64,000 nt of DNA, from assembly GCA_003344405.1 (NCBI GenBank), contig NOWV01000024.1:62001-126000 (forward strand), in the 5' to 3' direction. Source of the DNA: Trichoplax sp. H2 (lineage: Eukaryota). The notes under the pieces are model-generated. The model did no database searches and was not told the DNA's origin. It worked only from the letters and a program-made list of their open reading frames with translations. A program made the position numbers and the translations under genes. Shown here piece after piece: positions 58,775 to 64,000 of this stretch. Within the stretch, counting starts at the first letter, position 1. Every line of letters starts with the position of its first letter.

Positions 58775-60429
58775 TTAAATCGAATTTGTGTCGGCCTTCT
58801 TTATGTGTAGCCATCTCTTTAATCGCCTACCGCGAATGCATCCCCACACAAGATGATTGCTGATAGCCAATATCTGACCAGCCATTAAGGCTGCTCCATC
58901 TGTATTCAATGAGGTACAACAACCTAATCCACTGGGTAAAGTTAGCGACGACCAAATGTCATCATGATGCCCTATCGGAGGGCAATTGATAACAGGGATA
59001 GTTGTATTTCCAGCCATGACAGGACCTAAGCCGTTGCTGCGGCCTGCTACAGCGATGAATACAGTTGGTATTTCAGTACTTTCATAGCTAGCTAAAATAC
59101 TGAGCAGTTCTTCGGTACTTTTGTGAGCTGAACTCACTCGAAGTTGATAATCAATGTGCATCTCACGTAGAGTAGTTGCAATCTTCATGCAATGTTCTCG
59201 ATCACTTTCTGATCCCATGATAATCATAACTTTGCACGATGGACTTTTCATCAATTGGTCAATTTTCTTCGCTACCCATGCATAATTGCCACGAATTTCT
59301 TCCATGGCTAGATCGGTAACTTGCTTTAGATCCCGATAAGCTTGTTTATCCTTTTGCAATCGTTTATCTCCGCTAGGCCATAATCTCCAGGAATCATTAT
59401 CGATCACATCTGCAAGAAGCAATGTACCCGATGCTGAAACACCAAATTCAACCTGCGATGCAATATTTTGTCAAATATCAAGTCGGTTAATCATTTTGCT
59501 GCAGCTAGCGTATACCGATTAAAAATAAAGTATATTACAAAGTTAAAATTTATTACATTTGTAGAAAAATACAATAGAAACTTGGAGTAATTACTTAATC
59601 TTTTAGAGTCTGAAATAGGAGGACTACACTATTAAACTTATATCTTAAATACCAAAATCGATCAATATAACAAGTTATATCAAGGCTCACCTTTAAATCA
59701 ATCAAATTGCAATTTAATGTAGACCAAGCTCTTTCTAGAATCTCAAAAGTGGCAAGGGCTACTTTGGACATGATATCTATTTCATCTTTACCAATAACGA
59801 CTTTGCCAGCAGTTAATTTCATATGAAGAATTTGCTCAATACTCACTAATGGGTCATGTTGAGCATCATCTTTGTAAAAGAATTCTAATTTTAGAGGTGA
59901 AAATCGATAGCCTTCTTTCACACCTTGATGCCTCTTCAGGAATGATCCTGTAGCTATCCTTCGTACTACTACCTCTAAGGGAATCATACTGCAGAAAATT
60001 GCTACAAATGAATTCTCATCATAGTGATAGCGATAATGAGTAGGAACGTCACAGTATTGTAGTAAATCAAATACGCCACATGTCGTCGCAGTACTATATT
60101 TGCCTTTAAAACTCATTTCATGAGCTCGTTGGCCATCAAAAGCAGTTATGGCGTCTTTTGAACGTAATACTACTAAATTGCAACTGGTAGGATCATCGAT
60201 AGCAAAGACAACCTTAGTTTTCCCTTCGATGATTTTTCTACCAATTTTGATTTCTTTTTTGGCACAAATATCTAGAGCAGATGAAAAGTTTTCTCATGAA
60301 GGCAGCTATGGTTCATGTACTGACGAGTATTTGTTGATGTAATCTATACCAATAATTTACGCTTAGCTATCATACATCTAATTCAAGATAAAACATATCC
60401 TTGAATTTCTTACCTGTATCTGAACTCAT
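58775..60429 (-). CDS. PAICS: Bifunctional SAICAR synthetase / AIR carboxylase
   Basis: Exons 60414-60429 (MSSDT), 59691-60271 (EGKTK...SKDAITAFDG...MIPLEVVVRRIATGSFLKRH...KDDAQHDP...LIDLK) and 58775-59452 (VEFG...ADVIDNDSWRLWPSGD...MGSESD...SAHK...VAGRSNGLGPVMAGNT..PVINCPP). Confidence 0.97.
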
Positions 60430-62555
60430 CACGTCTACTGGACGATTTAATCTATTTCACACTCTCGAACTTCTTTTCTCTGTCTGCTCTCAATACAGTC
60501 TAGAACAGGTATAGAAGGGCCTAACTGATCTTTGCAAGACTCTAAATATTATTCTCACTTTGGGCTTAAACGTTCTTTCCAACTACGCTCGGTAAAATTA
60601 TTACGTTAGTAGTTATACCAATATTTATGTACTTTTTGCATGACAAGCTACGATGACTTTGCTACTTAATTAAATGCGTGTTGGTATCTGTTAGCTTAAA
60701 TTAAAAACGAGAATATTGTGTACGCAAAGTAAAATTCTTAACACCAAGTAATGTCATTGTCAAGTTGAATATTATTATCACTAATTGTAATTAATAAATG
60801 ACACAAGGCGGTGCCTTTTGAAATCTATCGCCTATTTCGTGCAATTTACTTTTACTGATCATTTATTGGGATATTAGAGAAATATTTGATATAGCAGCCA
60901 GTTTTTTACAGCTTAATACAGTGCAACAGTAGCACACATATCATCAACAATTCACGAAGCTTTCTATCGAAATACTATACTTATAAATGATGGAAACTAG
61001 ACGGCATTTGTAGTTTGCATATTTATTTATTTACAACAATAATTGGTTACTACGCTCCTTTATTTGATTGAATTTAATTCAGAGCAATTACCTAAATTAT
61101 ACTAGGCTTAGCAGTTACTGATTTCTTACTAGCTTTCCCAGAAGGACTGAGAATAAAATACTATTGTTTTGCAAGCGAATAAAATAGAAGAAAAACTTGG
61201 ATATGATTGTCAGCTAAAAGTGTGTAACTAATCTGCACTACGAAGGATTTTATGATAGCATTTATTAGCTAAAATTTCAATCAGTGACTTCTAACTATTA
61301 CCATTAGTAGACCATTAAAAATAATACAATAATTCGCCATTGCCTATTAAGTATGATTAAGGGCTCATCAAAAGCATGCATTCGGAAATATATAAGAATA
61401 AGAAAAATATGCGTAAGAATATCATAGACTCATGATTGGTATAGATGAAAAAAAGTATATATATTCAATAAGGTGTCGATATATCCCGCATTGCATCTAT
61501 TCGTCATTCACACCTTGGATATATATTATTTGAGCTAACACCTTCACGGATTTTGAGCATTAGTCCCTTTTCGTAAAAGCCTTATTTACTGGAGCTACAT
61601 TACAACATCAATCTATACTCTCCTATACATGTTTACTATCGAACACAATAAAAGTTTTGTATATGGCGATATAAGGCAATCAATTAGATTCTGTGAGGGT
61701 TTATAATTACCAGGGAGAGTTAAAACCATCTCGATAGGACCATTTACTAATTACCCCCTCCCCCAAAAATGTCCTTTGTAAAGCATCGCTCATGAAGTTA
61801 AGGAAGCATGAGAGAGCAGCAATAGGTATTATTTTGATTGTCACTATAAAATATTATTAGTATAAAATTTTTAAGTCTTACAGCATCGATGCATTGTAAC
61901 TTTGCTATCACCTATTTCGATTCTGTATAGAGCCATCATCAATTTTTTTACCATTAATTATAAGTAACTATTTCATCATATTTCGCGATATTGTTTACCT
62001 ACTTGACAGATACTACACCACATTAAGTCAGAGAAAAAGGACGGATTCGTTGGCTAAAAAAGGATAAATCGTATTAACTGCAAACTTAGATTTGTCTTTT
62101 GGAGAATTCGTTTTCTTAACGTGAGTGCACATAGAAATCTAATATTCTCAAAGTAATTGTATGTGAATATCGTAGTTTTTGTTCATTGAAGTGAATTACT
62201 ACATAGCTAGATTGAAAAGTAATGGCTGCCATTAGAGAAGATTAGTCCACTATCAAAATCATACTATTTAGTCAATGTATTATAGTTTACTGTAAACTAG
62301 AAAAGCAAAACTGTAGCCTTCAGAAAGAGATTAGATTCATTATAAAAATAAAGATTTTATTACATCATGGATCAGCTAATCATCAATTACGGAATATGAG
62401 TATGGTGAATGATTAATTAAGAAAATACAACCTTGTAATAGTGTTATATAATTATGAAATACTACTTAAAATGCTATACTTCTTTAACGTTTTATATTAC
62501 TATATTATATAATAATAGATAGTTTGATGGATTAATTTCAGGATTTATAATAGAT
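60430..62555. promoter_or_regulatory. Divergent (bidirectional) promoter region between PAICS and PPAT
   Basis: The start codons lie head-to-head about 2.1 kb apart with no intervening gene. An AG just before the PPAT ATG (62552-62553) suggests a 5'UTR intron, which would place the two TSSs closer together. Confidence 0.6.
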
Positions 62556-63977
62556 ATGGAATTACACGAGGCTTGCGGTGTATTTGGTGTATTAGCCAAA
62601 GAGCCTTGCGTAAAAATTGCTGAAGTAATATATCATGGACTAATTGGGCTACAACACAGGTAATGGAATTACTTTATTTCTCAAATTTAAACTAATGCCT
62701 GAAATTAATAAACTATTTATGTAAATAATTAGATTGCAGATTTTGCTAGCATTGACAGGATGCTTTCTTCGACAATAGATAGTTATGTCATTTAGTATCT
62801 GCGTGTATACAAACGGCTAAGCTAGAAAGAATAATTCATAAATTACATAGGATTATCTTATATTGCTAATGCTTATAGGGGTCAAGAGAGTGCGGGAATG
62901 ATTATTAGTGACGGCACAACCATGAAAGAAATCAAAGGAATGGGTTTGGTAAGTCATATTATGACTGATGAAATGATGGATCGACTGTCTGGAGGGAAGC
63001 TAGGAATTGGACATACACGTTATTCCACGCAAGGTGCTTCAGATCTAGCTAATTGTCAGCCAATATCTACGGAGACATTTAGGGGCAGAATTGCTCTTGC
63101 TCATAATGGGCAACTGATCAATAAAGATCATTTGAGGAATCAATTATTATCGCAAGATATTAAATTAACCACGGAGAGCGATAGTGAAATTATACTGAAA
63201 ATATTAGCTGCCATTATGCTGAAATATAGCAATTACGATCCAGAATCAGCTGATTGGATGAAAGTTATTGAAGAATTTATGAACCAAAGTGTCTTGTCTT
63301 ATTCTTTCATCATGATGACCCGTGATCGTTTATATGGAGTTCGAGATCCTTATGGAAATAGGCCACTATGTATTGGAAGATTCCATGCTGAAGGTGATAC
63401 TACTAGAACGATGGGGTGGATTTTATCATCGGAATCTTCACCATTTCTCTCCATTTCAGCCAAACTATGGCGAGAAGTTCAACCAGGTGAAATTGCGTGC
63501 TTACATCTAAGTGATAGTGGCGACGAGAACTTGATATCTCATCCAAATCAAAATTGTACGAATAAGTTAGCATCGTGCCTTTTTGAATATGTATATTTTT
63601 CAAGATCTGACACTATTTTAGAAAATCAAATGGTCTATTCTGTCCGATTTCGATGTGGTCAATTACTCGCTATAAAAGCTCCAGTTTATAACGCTGACTT
63701 GGTTAGTTGCATCCCCAACTCTTCTACACCAGCTGCTCTAGGCTATTCCATACAGTCTGCAATTCCCTATGTACAAGTTTTGATCAGAAATACGTATGTT
63801 GGTCGAACTTTTATCCAGCCAAATCATCAAACCAGACAATCCAGTATTAAAAGAAAATTTGGGCTATTAACGGAGAATATTTTGGGGAAGAAAATAATCC
63901 TGATTGATGATTCGATAGTTCGTGGTAATACGATTATTCCATTAATTCAAGCATTAAAATCAGCAGGTGCTAAAGAG
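62556..63977 (+). CDS. PPAT: Amidophosphoribosyltransferase (PurF), 3' end beyond the window
   Basis: Exon 62556-62659 gives MELHEA-CGVFG...LQHR (propeptide plus Ntn Cys). Exon 62879-63977 gives GQESAG...GIGHTRYSTQG...AHNGQL...RDPYGNRPLCIG...CLFEYVYFSRSD...YVGRTFIQP...LIDDSIVRGNT...AGAKE, followed by a GT donor. Confidence 0.96.
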
Positions 63978-64000
63978 GTGATACAGAATAATAAGCTACG

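Overview
This is AT-rich, intron-containing eukaryotic nuclear DNA with short GT-AG introns, not a prokaryotic contig. Gene content and compactness suggest an early-branching animal, probably a placozoan such as Trichoplax (inference only). Nine protein-coding genes are supported: ARL13B (+), an Scm/SCMH1-SCML2 Polycomb gene (-), a DBHS NONO/SFPQ gene (+), an intronless coiled-coil/disordered protein (+), an intronless putative mitochondrial membrane protein with helical repeats (-), RPF2 (+), CHAF1B (-), PAICS (-) and PPAT (+, truncated at the window end). About 24-46 kb is gene-poor and holds several degenerate tandem-repeat families. The main observations are: (1) dense TACAG/CTGTA pentamer-palindrome islands almost confined to 5' ends of housekeeping genes; (2) an apparent retroelement integrase zinc-binding (H2C2) domain spliced into the N-terminus of the Scm protein; (3) a PAICS-PPAT head-to-head pair as in vertebrates; (4) a candidate poison or alternative terminal exon in the DBHS gene; (5) a palindrome-packed 133-bp satellite; (6) a perfect 21-bp hairpin. 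All exon boundaries were read by eye and no database searches were run.
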